Assembly: GCA_002269645.1 (NCBI GenBank)
Contig: NIVC01001598.1
Coordinates: forward strand, 62,001-126,000
Reading direction: 5' to 3'
Source of the DNA: Macrostomum lignano
Lineage: Eukaryota
DNA: 64,000 bases
The position numbers and the translations under genes are program-made. Below the pieces are notes generated by a model. That model was given only the letters and a program-made list of their open reading frames with translations, had not been told where the DNA came from and made no database searches. This document shows, one piece after another, positions 38,553-51,269 of this stretch (the first letter of the stretch is position 1; each line of letters opens with the position of its first letter).

Positions 38553-39429
38553 GGCACGGGCGGGAAATACAGCAAATTTGAATGAAGTTTACAGAAGCCA
38601 AATGAGGCCGGGCCTTATCAGTGCCTGCTGCTATCGGCTGGAAAGAAGAACTCTCGTTTCAGTGTCTTTCTGCCGAAATGGTGCCTGCCGAGCCAAGCTC
38701 TACCTGTAGGCTCGGGGCCCAATTAATCAATTGGCTGAAGGCAGAGACTGAAAGGGAGGCAGAGAAATTCAAAGCAATTGCGAGCAAAGCAATTTCGCGT
38801 GAAAGCAGCAGCGTGTCTTCTGCGTTAACTCTGCCCGCTGCTTCGAGTCCGTTGGCTCTCTCTCTCTCCCGCCCCGGCAAAATTGTCTCCATGCTCAGCT
38901 TTTCTTCAACCCAATCTCTCTAGCAGCCTCACCGTGTCTCAAAATGCAGCCTCCTCAACTGAATTGAAACTGACAATTGCGACAGTCTGTGCGCGTCTCA
39001 CAGTGCTCAAACAGCTCACCTGCCCCGCTGCTCCAAGCCGATAACTGTTTGGATAGAAACAAGTTGCCGAACTAAAACTAGGATAGCTAAATAGTGTCTG
39101 GAAACATGATAAAAATATGTTTTTTTTGCTGTTTCACCTCAAGGACTTCTAATTAAAACACCTAAGAAAAACAAACACTCGCTGTTAATGTGCGCTCATA
39201 ACTTGCTGCCTAATCAATCTTATCTGGTCTCGGATAACAAACATATTGAGGAATTCGATTGGCAAAATTACCTGCTTTTGTCGCTTTTTTGCATCAGATG
39301 TGTGATTTGATGTTGCTCATCTGATACTGGTTACTGATGCTTACAAGTGTATAGCCAGGGTGGGAGCAAGGGGGTCCGTGCCCCCACCCTCTAATCGGCT
39401 GGCAAAAGAATATGGCGCCCCTGACGCTG

Positions 39430-39995
39430 GCGCCATTTCAACTGAAATGGCACTCGCTCAAGTGAAATGGTGCTCACGCAAGTGAAATGGCGCTCACTCA
39501 AGTGAACTCGCGCTCACTCAAGTTAAATGGTGCTCACGCAAGTGAAATGGCGCTCACTCAAGTGAACTCGCGCTCACTCAAGTTAAATGGTGCTCACGCA
39601 AGTGAAATGGCGCTCACTCAATTGATCAAGTTAAACGGCGCTTGCTCAAGTGAAATTTCGCTCACTCAAGTAAATGGCGCTTACTCAAGTGAAATGGTGC
39701 TCGCTTAAGTGAAATAATGCTCACTTAAGTGAAATGGCGCTCGCTCAAGTGAAATGGTGCTCACTCAAGTTAAACGGCGCTTGTTCAAGTGAAATGGCGC
39801 TCACTCAAGTGAACTCGCGCTCACTCAAGTTAAATGGTGCTCACGCAAGTGAAATGGCGCTCACTCAAGTGAAATGGCGCTCACTCAAGTTAAACGGCGC
39901 TTGGTCAAGTAAAATGGTGCTCACTCAAGTGAACTCGCGCTCACTCAAGTTAAATGGTGCTCACGCAAGTGAAAAGGCGCTCACTCGAGTGAAAT
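39430..39995. repeat. 20-bp minisatellite (TCAAGTGAAATGGCGCTCAC)
   Basis: Tandem units. Confidence 0.9.
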
Positions 39996-40229
39996 GGAGC
40001 CTATCCATTACTTTGTAAAATGATCATGAGAAACGCATATAAGTTCTATCTTATAAATATTTATTAGGAGCAAATTTCTTTTTATTCTTCCAAATGCTGA
40101 TCTGCATTCCTACTGTCATAAAATAATCATTAAATCACGTGACTAATGTACATAGAAATGAAATTCGATGCAAAAGTCGTCTGATCGCTATCGCCCTATC
40201 GCAACCCCAAGTTAAAAGAAACCAAGGCT

Positions 40230-40780
40230 TAACCTTTGAGGTGGGCCCAGCCCCCGCAAGAAGGCATCGGCGACCCTCATCCGGCCGGTCTCTCGGACGA
40301 AGGCGCGAAGGTCACGGATGTTGTCCGGGGTAGTCAGCTCGGTCCATCCACTGCACTGGGGGTGGCCGAGGTGTTTGTTTGTGCCGCGCCTTATTGAAGT
40401 AACGGCAGAAGGTGACGTGATGCTCCAGTCTAATGTCATAGAAAAGACAGGTGGGAGGGCAGCCGGTTTGCAGCGAGATACGTCTCTGGGAGAATCCCTG
40501 ACCGGTTAGGATCATGCAAATCTACCTGAGGTCGGTTCTGTTAAGTGGGATCAGATAATCAGAGACTTTTCTGTTCAGGTCAGACATTAAAGAGCGAGTC
40601 TGCCTGTAGGCGGTGCAGCTGTTCCAGTGGAGCTGGCGTTGCTGGTGGAGCCACCTGTTGATGTGGCGGCTGATTTGCGACCTTGGCATGGGTAGCTTCA
40701 CCAGACGGTGGCTGTGGGAATCCGTGAAGTCTGTGAAGTCATTGGCGCACCATGCAGTGCCGTAAAACATCGGAAGAAGC
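40230..40780 (-). mobile_element. Degenerate non-LTR retrotransposon ORF2 3' fragment (C-terminal zinc-knuckle region)
   Basis: [13 protein letters not shown]…YRQTR…[16 protein letters not shown]…CPPTCLF…HHVTFC…R resembles the LxRxxLxxLTGH/CCHC tail of RNase H-bearing LINEs; has a stop and a frameshift. Confidence 0.55.
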
Positions 40781-41016
40781 GGTTATTTAAATTTTATCCC
40801 AGGCTATTGTAACTGGTTGAAGCAGAAAGTTGCAGAAAAAATGATGTATGAAATGAGCGCGTTTTCTCGCATCCAGTTTGTTTATACATGTATTTAGTGT
40901 GAATTTCAGAGTTGTAAAAAGCATTTTTGTATTGTTTTATCAACGTGAGTTATATAAATTTGATAATGAAGTGCTTGAATAAAAAATAATTGTTAAACTC
41001 CGCTAAGACCAGGAAG

Positions 41017-43960
41017 TCACAGCCGCTGTTCCAGCAGGCACTCAACGTGCTCGGCCAGCCTCAGAACTCGGGGCATTTTGAATTGCGCCTCGCTGATGTC
41101 CGGGTTCAGCTCCATCATTCTGCGTCGGAGTGTACCAAAAGCTCCCGGTTGCACTTGCACGACCGTCATGGTGTCGATGTCGCCTTCCGATCTGAACAGA
41201 TTGTAGTCCTCCAGCGAGTCGCGCAGCGCCTTGTCGAACTGAAATGTGTTAAGAATATTAGGCTCCCGATTCTACTGCCTACTGTACCAACTGAAGCAAA
41301 CATAAATGCAAGTTCTTGTTTACATGGTTTCCTTGATCGGCGACCTGAAGTGTCAGTCAATTCTATTCTGATAATTTTATTTCACCTGCCGTATGGCAGA
41401 TGTGCAACCGACAACTCAGCCGCAGCTATTGTGTTGTAAGGCTCGTACATCTGAAGGCTCGTACGTCTGTTCAGTCCAAGGACTGGGGGTCGCCGCACAC
41501 ACCCTCAATTACCCCAGCTAATGCGGCACCCATTTTACAACTGGATGAACTGAAGCAATGCAGAGTTAAGTGTCTTGCTCAAGGACACAAAAAACACCTT
41601 TCAGTCGTTAGTCCGACGCTCTAACCACTCGGCTACAACTCCCTGAATAAACAAACTGAATCTAAACAAAGTAAACCATCCAGGCTCCAAAAAAGACTCA
41701 CCACCAACAGCTCATCCTCTACCAACACTCTGGAGCTGTCCAGCTCAACAAAAATGATGTAAAACTTGGTTTCTTTTGACGTTCCGGTGATCGACTCGTA
41801 CAGAAAGCAGTCGGTGGCCGAGAAGTCCACGATCTCGCATCCCAGCCTGCGGGCAGCGAGAGCTACGCAGTTCTGAAGGCTCTTCTCGGTTGTTTTTTCG
41901 ACATGCACGGCCAGAACGTGGGACTTTCTGAAAGTTTCAATTACAAGCGTGCGATCTCTGTTACGAGGTAAAAGCAGTTTGTCAAGGAACACACGTTGGC
42001 CATAATAGTGTATAATATATGCTTGCGTTGACGTTCATCAGTATCCAGGTAGCCCAATTCAATGTCAGTAAAGAAATTTCTTGTAGTTCCTGATATGCTA
42101 CCAAATTGCCAGAAGTTTCTAACGAAAAGCAGAGCTCTATAAAATACCTGTGCGATATCTCGAAGACCGGCGCGCATCCGTCCATCTTAGTCACCTTGAT
42201 TACGTCACCGACACGAAGCCGGAAGCAGTTAAACGAGGTGGAGACAGTCTCGTAGAGCTGGCCAACCTTCAGCTCGTGCGCCAGCAGCGGCTCCCCCAAG
42301 TCATTGCCGTCAGCGTCGATTGGAATGAACTCGACGAAGGAGCCGGACAAGAAAGGATGGTAAGTTTCCGGTCGGTCGTCCGTTTCTAAGTTTAGGTTTA
42401 TTCCGAACAGGCCTTCTGTGCTTATTATGAAAGGACAGAAGGTCGGAACATTTCCGAGGTACTTTTTGAGAAAACGGTAGGGCGACTCAAACGAGCCAGA
42501 CCGAGCGAGCATTACAAACGGGACGTCGGGCCAGGCCTTTTCAAAGAAACCGCTCAAGTCCTTTCCATCGCCGAACAGGGATCTGAGTTGGGCCGCTCGC
42601 TCCGGCTTCGGACTAAGATACTGGTTTAAAAGACTGAGCAACTCTTTGTCCACATCCTTCAGCTTTTCAGCACTGAGCTTGCCGTTCTCAATGTCAGACA
42701 GCACCGAGTCCCAGTTGGAGCTCACGCAGCGCACGAGAGAGATCAGGTTGGTGGGGAAGAACACGTTCACTTCGCCAATCTGCTCGTGCCACAGGGCGAA
42801 CACGGAGTGAACGTAAAATCCCGTGTCAGCGTCGTGAATCTTCTTAAACGCTTCAACTGGCGTCGTGTAAATGTCGACTAAAAAGCATTAAAAAGTGTTT
42901 ACACTCATTAGTTAATAGCGAGCTATAAAAAGTGTATCAGCCCCAACCTGCTGCTGAAAATTGGTATCCCAGCGCTACTCACCAGGAGTGTGAAAATATT
43001 TAGTCAGTGGTGCGATCGGAACACCGAACTCGTTCTGCCTATCTTTGGGTAGATTTCTGACCACAAAAAGCCGTTTAAGCTTATATTGCCTGCCATGGCG
43101 GCTGGCCAGCAGCTCCCTGGTGTAATACACCAGCATGAAGATGGACATCAGCGAACGCTCAGCGATGGGCCGAATCACCGAGAACGTCTTGTTCTTGCCC
43201 GTAGTGCCGCTAGTCTTGAACAGGCAGTCCGGCTGGCCTTTGAAGTAGACGTCCGGCTCGCCACGGTAGGCCAGCTGGTTGTACTTGTCCAGTTCGTTGT
43301 AGTTCCGCACAGGAACTCGGGCCCGAAAGTCTTCGATGCCGCGCACCTCCGCGAAGCCGTGGTCTTGCCCGAAAATCGTCTCGCGACTCTGCTCGACCAA
43401 CTGCATCAGGGTTTGCTGCTGCTTAGCCCGCATCGCGCTGCCGGATTTGTACGCTCTTTTCAGATCCCACACCGAGTACCTGGCCCAGGTGACGCCTAGC
43501 AGTTTCAAAAGTGACAGCATCAAAAAGCCGCGCCAGCCGAGGGTGTTGCAGGGCTGCTGCAGCCGTAGGTATTGGCTCACGACGGCCGCAGTGACTGACA
43601 GAGTGGCCAACACCCCTACAGAAAGAGATGTCACTTTTGAGACTTGAATGAACAGCCTGGAAATGTGCTTAGCTGTATCTCATAAAAAGTTGGGAGCTCG
43701 TTAAAGAGCTCCCAACATGGCCACTGTGAGAAGTGGTAATACGACTGTTTGGTTTCTAGGATGGCCACATTCCCACATTCAGGATTACACGTATATTTAT
43801 AATCCCCCCCATGATTTTTGTCAACATGTTCAAATCGCTTACCGAACGCGGCGAAGGTGAGGGGGCCGCCGGAGAGTTGCAGCATCGCAAAAGCGAGGCC
43901 GGACAGCAGCAGGGCAGCCGCTGCCGTTGCCAAATTCAGCAGCTCTTCGTACGTTCGCAT
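41017..43960 (-). CDS. GH3-domain protein paralogue B; exons 43960-43843, 43615-42983, 42877-42148, 41927-41702, 41238-41017 (642 aa)
   Basis: KTSGTTGKNKTF, STEG, FRLRVGDVI, FKMPRVL; intron positions and phases identical to paralogue A; intact frame. Confidence 0.88.
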
Positions 43961-44075
43961 GTAACTGGCCAACCTTGGTTATTGAAAGGCGAGCAAAGCA
44001 AGAATATCGCCAGCCAGCCAAATAAACAGGCAGCCGAAAACCTTGTAGAACCCTCGCAAATACAATCGACATATA

Positions 44076-44128
<53 letters not shown>
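44076..44128. repeat. (GA)n microsatellite upstream of GH3 paralogue B
   Basis: Read directly. Confidence 0.95.
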
Positions 44129-44130
<2 letters not shown>

Positions 44131-44704
44131 TGCGGCGGCCTACTCATTTTATGGTCTATCTTTGCTAGCCGTGAGACTTATTGATACAGAAAGCCTTTTG
44201 TTGAGTATTGCGAGTATGAGTATACACTGGCAGCAGCCGGTTTGATCTTGTGTGCACGAGGCGGCAGAATAGGCAGGGTGCTCGGGCTTGAAGCGTGACT
44301 TTTTGCGCGACAGTAATTATACAATTGCAGCCTTACAATAGAAAGTATTTCCCTCAGTACGCAAAATGCGCAAAAGACCGAACGGATTACGAGCGTACAA
44401 AGAATCCCTTGGAGCTTTTATTAATCAGCTCAATTTACTACTTAATGATGCAGTTTAGCAGTATTTTCAAAAGTGAATATATTTGGAAAGTGTCACACGC
44501 TAGCAGCGCCACTGATCAATTTAAAAAGGGATCCGAGCCAACTGTGCACTGATTTGTGCATTCTTTGATCCGCTAAGCGGTAATTTAAACCGGCTTTTAC
44601 AAATATGAATAAGCCAATAGCAAAAATTCAAGTATTGGGCTACCGAAATTGGTTCAGCGACACATTGTAGGTACACAACGATTCACAATTCCTAAATATA
44701 GCGC

Positions 44705-47700
44705 TCACAGGCACCCGTCCAACAGGCACCGCAGGCTGTCTTCGCTCCTGAGAACTCTCGGCATTTTGAACTGAAACTCGCTGATGCCATCATTCCGCCT
44801 CATCATCTGCAGGCGCAGCGCAGCGAACGCCCCCAGTTTCACCTGCAGCACTTGCATCGTGTCGATGCGGCCGCCGACTCTCATCTGGTCGTAGTGTTCG
44901 GAGCTCTCGCGAAGGGTCTGGTCAAACTGTGTGAGAGAGAGGGGGAGAGCTGCATCCAGTCACTGTGGTGGGTCACGACTCACCGCGAAAGTCCCGCCCG
45001 CAAAGTCATCGTTACCAGCTGCTTGTCGTCTTCAGCGAGACGCCTGTCTCCGTCGAGCTCAACGAACAGCGCGTAGTACTTGGTCCCGCGGCAGGTTCCG
45101 GCCACCGGCTCGTACAGAAAGCATTCAGCCGCCGAGAAGTCAATCACGTGACAGTTGAGTCTCTCAGCGGCCAGTAGGACGCAGGATTGAAGGGCGTTCT
45201 CGGTGGTCTTTTCAGCATCAACAGACAGCATATGAGACTTCCTGTACAGTTTTGATAAAAAATGTTGGCAACCAGCGTTAGTCAGCTAATTAGCTTTGCA
45301 GAGGGGATTTTGGCGCTGCCACAAATAAAAGTTAAAATGAATAGGCAAGTGTGTAAGTCATGCCCTGCTCACCCATGAGCACGCACATGCATGCGGATCA
45401 TGGATGAAGGAATAGAAAGGATCCAAAGAGTTTTGAGGTCGCCTAGTATAGAGTGCCAATAAGGATGAAAATCTGAAGTCGATTTTCAGAATCCACCCAC
45501 GCCCTCCGGTCACCAAGCTTTTTAGTCTATGGCACAAGTTGTGGCTAGAATGGTGTACAAAGCCGATGCTCAGAAATATAAGACATTTCACGCTTAGAAA
45601 ATGCATGCATCAAATAAGCAAGACAACATCGCTCAGTCACCAGACTCAGTTGCCGTCGTCGATTCGTCGATACACAACTCCGTAACACCCATGCCATATA
45701 GTCCTTACGTCTGAACAACAACAGCCATGCCACTAAAGTGCACGGTAGCTAATTACAATAACTGCGTTTCTGATGCATCTGTATCCTTCTTTCGTCTGCC
45801 TTTCAAGGACATTCACTCTGCCTGTTTATCACTTATGTTTTTGTCTTTCCGACTCTGCTGCAAGTATCCTGCTCAACTTCTTTTCTCCTTACACAATGCA
45901 ATCAATGTACGTACGGTTACAGTATAGATACAGAAATAAAGTCTTGAGGACGTTTTAAGCATACATGGTATTCGTCCAGCTACATTGGCTACTTGTATTT
46001 TTCTCATGCACTCTATGTATATTTCTGAGCATCGGCTTTGTACACCATTCTAGCCAAAACTTGTGCCATAGACTAAAAAGCTTGGTGACCGGAGGGCGTG
46101 GGTGGATTCTAAAAATCGGCTTCAGATTTTCATCCTTATTGGCACTCTATACTAGGCGACCTCAATACTCTTTTTGAAAGGATCGCTCATCTAAAAGCGA
46201 GTCTATGGCCAAAACCTACTAAAATTGGGATATCCCCCCCATGAATTTCATTGGCTGATGGAATTTAATAGTCCCCCCCCCAAATTTCTTACTGGCTGAA
46301 GCTTGTACGAGGAGGAAATTCCAAAGTAGGTTTAGTAGGTTTTGGCCATAGACTCGCTCTTAGATGAGCGATCCTTTCTATTCCTTCATCCATGATGCGG
46401 ATACGTTACGCAGGCAATGCTCACGCAGGTTTCAGCAAGCATCAATTTGGTCCATAGTGGTTCTATGGTTTCACCCATAGATATTAATATACGTATGACT
46501 GTCTCAAGCAGTGAGGACGAAAGCAAAGCTTCATTTGCAACTGCTGCCGAGGAGCAAGATCAGCTCGAGAATCGTAGACCATATGCTAGACTGCCGAACT
46601 AACGCAAAGGGCTTGTGATCGAAGCGGAGTTTTAACCATGCTAAAATGCTCTTTTTGTTTTTGTTATAGTTGAGCAGATTGCATTTCTGACGGCATCTTG
46701 CAATGGTACCGTGAAATTTGCTCAAAAAATTGCATTACACAGCTGTAACTCATGATTGGGTTTCATAACCGCTATGGACCAAATTGATGCCTGTTGGATC
46801 AAATAAGTGCTGCTGTACCAGCCTTGCTACCATAGACAAAAGCTGCATTAATTTGGCAAGCATATCTCGGATTATATTAAATGCGTGCGAGCCCAATTGG
46901 GCCGCAAAACCTATATTAATGTCATTACTATAAGGGTAGTTAATAACTGCCTTGTTACAAAGCAAAGAATTTTTTCACCTAAATATCTCACCTGTGCGAA
47001 AGCTCGAACACAGGAGCGCACCTGTCCATCGCAACGATCCGAATCACGTCTCCCGAGCGCACTCGGAAGCATTTGAAGGAGGTGAGAACAGTCTCGTAGA
47101 GGCCTCCGACCTCGAGCTCATGAGCCAGTTTTGCTTCACCAACGTCAGAGCCTCCCGCGTCAACGGGGACGAACTCCACGAAGGAGGGCGAGAGCATGGG
47201 ATTGTAGCGCTCTGGCACATTGCAATCAACTTCCTTCACGTTGATGTTTATGCCAACAAAGCCCTCGCTTCCACTCAGCATAGACCCGAATGTGGGAAGA
47301 TTGCCCAGGTACTTTCGCAGGTACCGGTAGGAAGACTGGAACGAGCCGGAGCGAGCCAGCATCACGCACGGAATGTCCGGCCATGCCTTCTCAAAGAAGC
47401 CGCTCAGGTCTTGTCCGTCTCCGAACAAAGCTCGAAGCTGTGCAGCTCGCGCTGGTTTGGGACTGAGGTGGCTGTTCAGAACTGCGAGCAGCTCGGGCTC
47501 GATCCCGACTTTGTCCGCGCTTAAACGGCCTCTCTCGATGTCGCTGAGCACCGAGTCCCAGTTGTCAATCACGCACCGAATGAAGGTGCTAAGAGTGGTC
47601 GGGTAGAAGGCGCTGACATCTCCGATTCTGTCGTGCCACAGGGCGAATACAGCATGAATGTAGAATGCAGCCTTGGCGTCGTGAACTCTTTGAAACGGTT

Positions 47701-48708
47701 CTACCGGAGTTGTGAGTATGTCACCTGCAGTGTTTTGGTTTATCCAATAAACAGCAATGCTAGACACAAAGATGCCATTTGTGGTAGTATATGGTAGAAA
47801 TAGAATGGAATAGCCTGGAATATCATAACTCTGAATAAGGCAGAAAGCCTATTGGTACAGCAAATAGCTCGGAAAACAAACCTCGGGACACAACGAACTT
47901 TGAAAGCGGTCCGGTCGGCACGCCGAATTCGTTTCTTTTGTCTGCTGAATGCACCGACGTCATCAGTTAGCGAGCCATGCGGCACCTGCGCCCAGACTTC
48001 CGAGTGAACTCTTCAAAACAGAACTTTGTCGCCAGGAAAGCCGTTGCGAAGTCCTTCAAGAAGCGTCTGGCTCCGGGAAAAGTTTTATTTTTGCCAGTGG
48101 TGCCGCTGGTTTTAAAGAGAAATTCGACTCTACCCGGGAAGAACACGTTTGGCTCGCCTCGGTAGGCCAGCTGGTTGTACTTGTCCAGCTCGGCATAGTC
48201 GCGAACCGGCACTCGAACTCGGAAATCCTCGATTCCACGGATCTCAGCGAACCCGTGATCGCGGCCGAAAACGGTTTTCCTGCTTCGTGCCACGTGCTTC
48301 ATGAGAGTGATGTGCTGCATCGCTAGCATCCTGCTGCCAGACCTGTACGCCCGCTTCAGGTTCCACACCGAGTACCTGCCTAGAGTAGCGGTGAGCAGCC
48401 GTGTCTTAGCCATCTGGATGAACCCATTCCAGCTCAGAGTGTTGCACGGCCTCATTTGACGCAAATACTGACAAGTCAGTGCGATCGAAGTGGCGGCACT
48501 GCAGATAATTCCTGAAACAAAACAAAATGTTTGTTTTAACGCGTTGTTTAACGCGTCAAGTTCAAGCAAGCTTCAGTCACAGCTTACCCAGAAAGCCGAG
48601 ACCGTATAGGGAGCACTGACTGGAGAGCAGAGCTGCAACTGCAGTGGCAATCAGGCCAACACATCCAGCCGAAATCAGGTTGAGAACGGTCGCGTACGAC
48701 TGAGCCAT
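44705..48708 (-). pseudogene. GH3-domain paralogue C with an in-frame TAA in exon 2; exons 48708-48588, 48511-47882, 47724-46992, 45241-45016, 44926-44705
   Basis: Same five-exon structure; TAA at 47969-47967 aligns with Leu in paralogue B and the frame continues after it (…NEFGVPTGPLSKF). Confidence 0.75.
45385..46400. repeat. Inverted repeat pair (~45385-45580 vs ~46020-46400) with a nested 48-bp-arm hairpin (46176-46378) in intron 3 of GH3 C
   Basis: Reverse-complement match read directly. Confidence 0.8.
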
Positions 48709-48935
48709 GCCGACAGCCAGAAAGTTTTCAATTTCCTAAGAGCAGTGTTCAAAGACGATGATTGGAGGAGTGTACTAAAGTTTTGAGATATGTCACAACT
48801 GCGCGCCTTTTTATGCACATACATACTACCACCCTTCAGATGCTTGATAATAAAATGTTAGCCTCTGTGCTCTTATCAATTTTTCTTCACAATCACTCTA
48901 AAGTCAAAACACCCTGCCAAACTGTACTCGCTCCA

Positions 48936-50400
48936 ATGGAATTGACAAACCGCGACTTTCGTGCCATGATGGTCGCTTACGACCAGCGAATAGATCTCCA
49001 CGCAGGAGAGTGCATTGATGTATCTGCGAGCTCCTTTCAGAGACCAAGCCCCATCACGTGCCAAAGTTTTTCGGTGGTACGGTGAGTGAAAGTGGGGCCG
49101 CAACAGCCTTGGATGCAGGACACCCAGCTTCTGCTGTCACCGACGAAAACATCGCTGCTGTCCGGAGAATGAGGACCGGTGAGTAACCTGTGCCGAGATC
49201 AGAGAGGCTCTCGGCTTTGGATCGGAAGCGGTTTACAACCACAACCTGAACGAAGACCAGAAGACGTAGGGGTGCGTTGATGAGGGTTCATACTCGAATT
49301 ATTGGACTATGGCACCTCAAAGCGATCCTGGGAGAATCACAGCTGATGAGACCTGAGTCTACCAGTACGACCTATTGACGCATCATGCATACTCCAATGG
49401 AGTACAGCTAGTGACGCATCCTGCATGTTCCAATGGAGTACAGCTAGTGACGCATCCTGCATGTTCCAATGGAGTACAGCTAGTGACGCATCCTGCATGT
49501 TCCAATGGAGTACAGCTAGTGACGCATCCTGCATGTTCCAATGGAGTCCATGCAGCTAGTGACGCATCCTGCATACCTCAATGGAATCCAGCTGGTGACG
49601 CATCCTGCAGGTTCCAATAGAGTCCAGCTGGTGACGCATCCTGCATACCCCAATGGAGTCTAGCTGGTGACGCATCCTGCATACCCCAATGGAGTCCAAC
49701 TGGTGACGCATTCTGCATGTTCCAATAGAGTCCAGCTGGTGACGCATCCTGCATACCCCAATAGAGTCCAGCTGGTGACGCATCCTGTATACCCCAATGG
49801 AGTCTAGCTGGTGACGCATCCTGCATACCCCAATGGAGTCCAGCTGGTGACGCATCCTGCATATTCCAATAGAGTCCAGCTGGTGACGCATCCTGCATAC
49901 CCCAATAGAGTCTAGCTAGTGACGCATCCTGCATACCCCAATGGAGTCCAGCTGGTGACGCATCCTGTATGTTCCAATAGAGTCCAGCTGGTGACGCATC
50001 CTGCATACCCCAATAGAGTCTAGCTAGTGACGCATCCTGCATACCCCAATGGAGTCCAGCTGGTGACGCATCCTGCATATTCCAATAGAGTTCAGCTGGT
50101 GACGCATCCTGCATACCCCAATAGAGTCTAGCTAGTGACGCATCCTGCATACCCCAATGGAGTCCAGCTGGTGACGCATCCTGTATGTTCCAATAGAGTC
50201 CAGCTGGTGACGCATCCTGCATACCCCAATGGAGTCTAGCTAGTAACGCATCCTGCATACCCCAATGGAGTCCAGCTGGTGACGCATCCTGTATGTTCCC
50301 CCCAACCTGACATACTGCAACTTCTTTCTCTTCACCTTGGGTGAAGAGTCAACTGCGTGGAAATCGAATTTAATTTGAAAGCAAATTCAGATTGAGCTAC
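48936..50400 (+). mobile_element. Degenerate mariner transposase relic
   Basis: MELTNRDFRAM…DQAPSRAKVFRWY…AVTDENIAAVRR…VTCAEIREALG (HTH region), RITADET*VYQYD, then LVTHP..SPNLTYCNFFLF.WVKSQLRG; multiple stops and frameshifts. Confidence 0.8.
49375..50300. repeat. 33-bp minisatellite (~28 copies) inside the mariner relic
   Basis: Unit GTCCAGCTGGTGACGCATCCTGCATACCCCAATGGA-like, in frame NGVQLVTHPAY. Confidence 0.95.
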
Positions 50401-51269
50401 AGTGCTCCTTTCGAGATGCGTGTCAACTATACTCGTTGAAAATTCTTTCAGCATACAACATAAATTTGAATAGTACAGCAACTTGCCTTTTTAATTATTG
50501 CAGTCAATCAAGTCGGTCTCTCAGGATTCAGTTAACTTCAAATTCAATTCACTCGACAGATGCGAGCTGGCCTACACACACCTACCACAGGGTTAACTAT
50601 TCGGTCACGAAGACTCATTCACGAGCTCGTCTGAAAAGCAGCTTTGGTCTTTAAGGGTTCTGTGTTATCGCTCTGCAGTCTGTCAATGTTGGCCAAACTA
50701 ACCAAACAAACTGCAGCAAAAGGCGTGGATTGGCAGTCGTTAGTTGATAAAATCTGATAGACCAAAAGGATTAAAAGTTAAAAATAATCTGTCCCTGCTT
50801 GCACTTAATCTTGAAGCCACGCAGCTGTTTGTCTGTCTGTCTGTCTGTCTGTCATGTGCTTCAGTCGCACCTACTTGACCTGTAAATGGCTGACAGCAGC
50901 CAAGAGAAACATAATAAATTTTTTTAAGAATACGAATAAGAATAAGAATTTAAGAATACCAAACTGTACAGTCAAAACAGTCTGGTAAAATTTCACAACT
51001 AGCCTAAGTACAGAACGGAGGGGGAGAGAGAATTATAGACACGCTCCACCCCATTGAAGCTGCGTATAAGAGCGATCTTATCTTACGATGGCTTTATAGA
51101 ACAAGGCCATGCATGTTAGTTCCCGCACTGGCTGCTGGGTGGCCTCATCCTTGAGGTGCGCTGTCCTTGGAGGAGAGCAGTAACCTTAAATTTCGGTGGG
51201 CAATAACCCTATTAAAATTATCATGCATCTTCCATACGAGTTACACTCTTACAATTTCACTCTGACACT

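Noticed and set aside
40212-40770. Phase-compatible two-exon 127-aa gene model
   Set aside because: The supposed intron itself encodes the LTGQG…C..C…H…C zinc-knuckle pattern, so a decayed LINE ORF2 explains the region better.
46430-46960. Similarity to 880-1000 (ACCAAATTGATGCCTGTTGGA)
   Set aside because: Probably an old dispersed repeat, but the match is too short to define boundaries or class.
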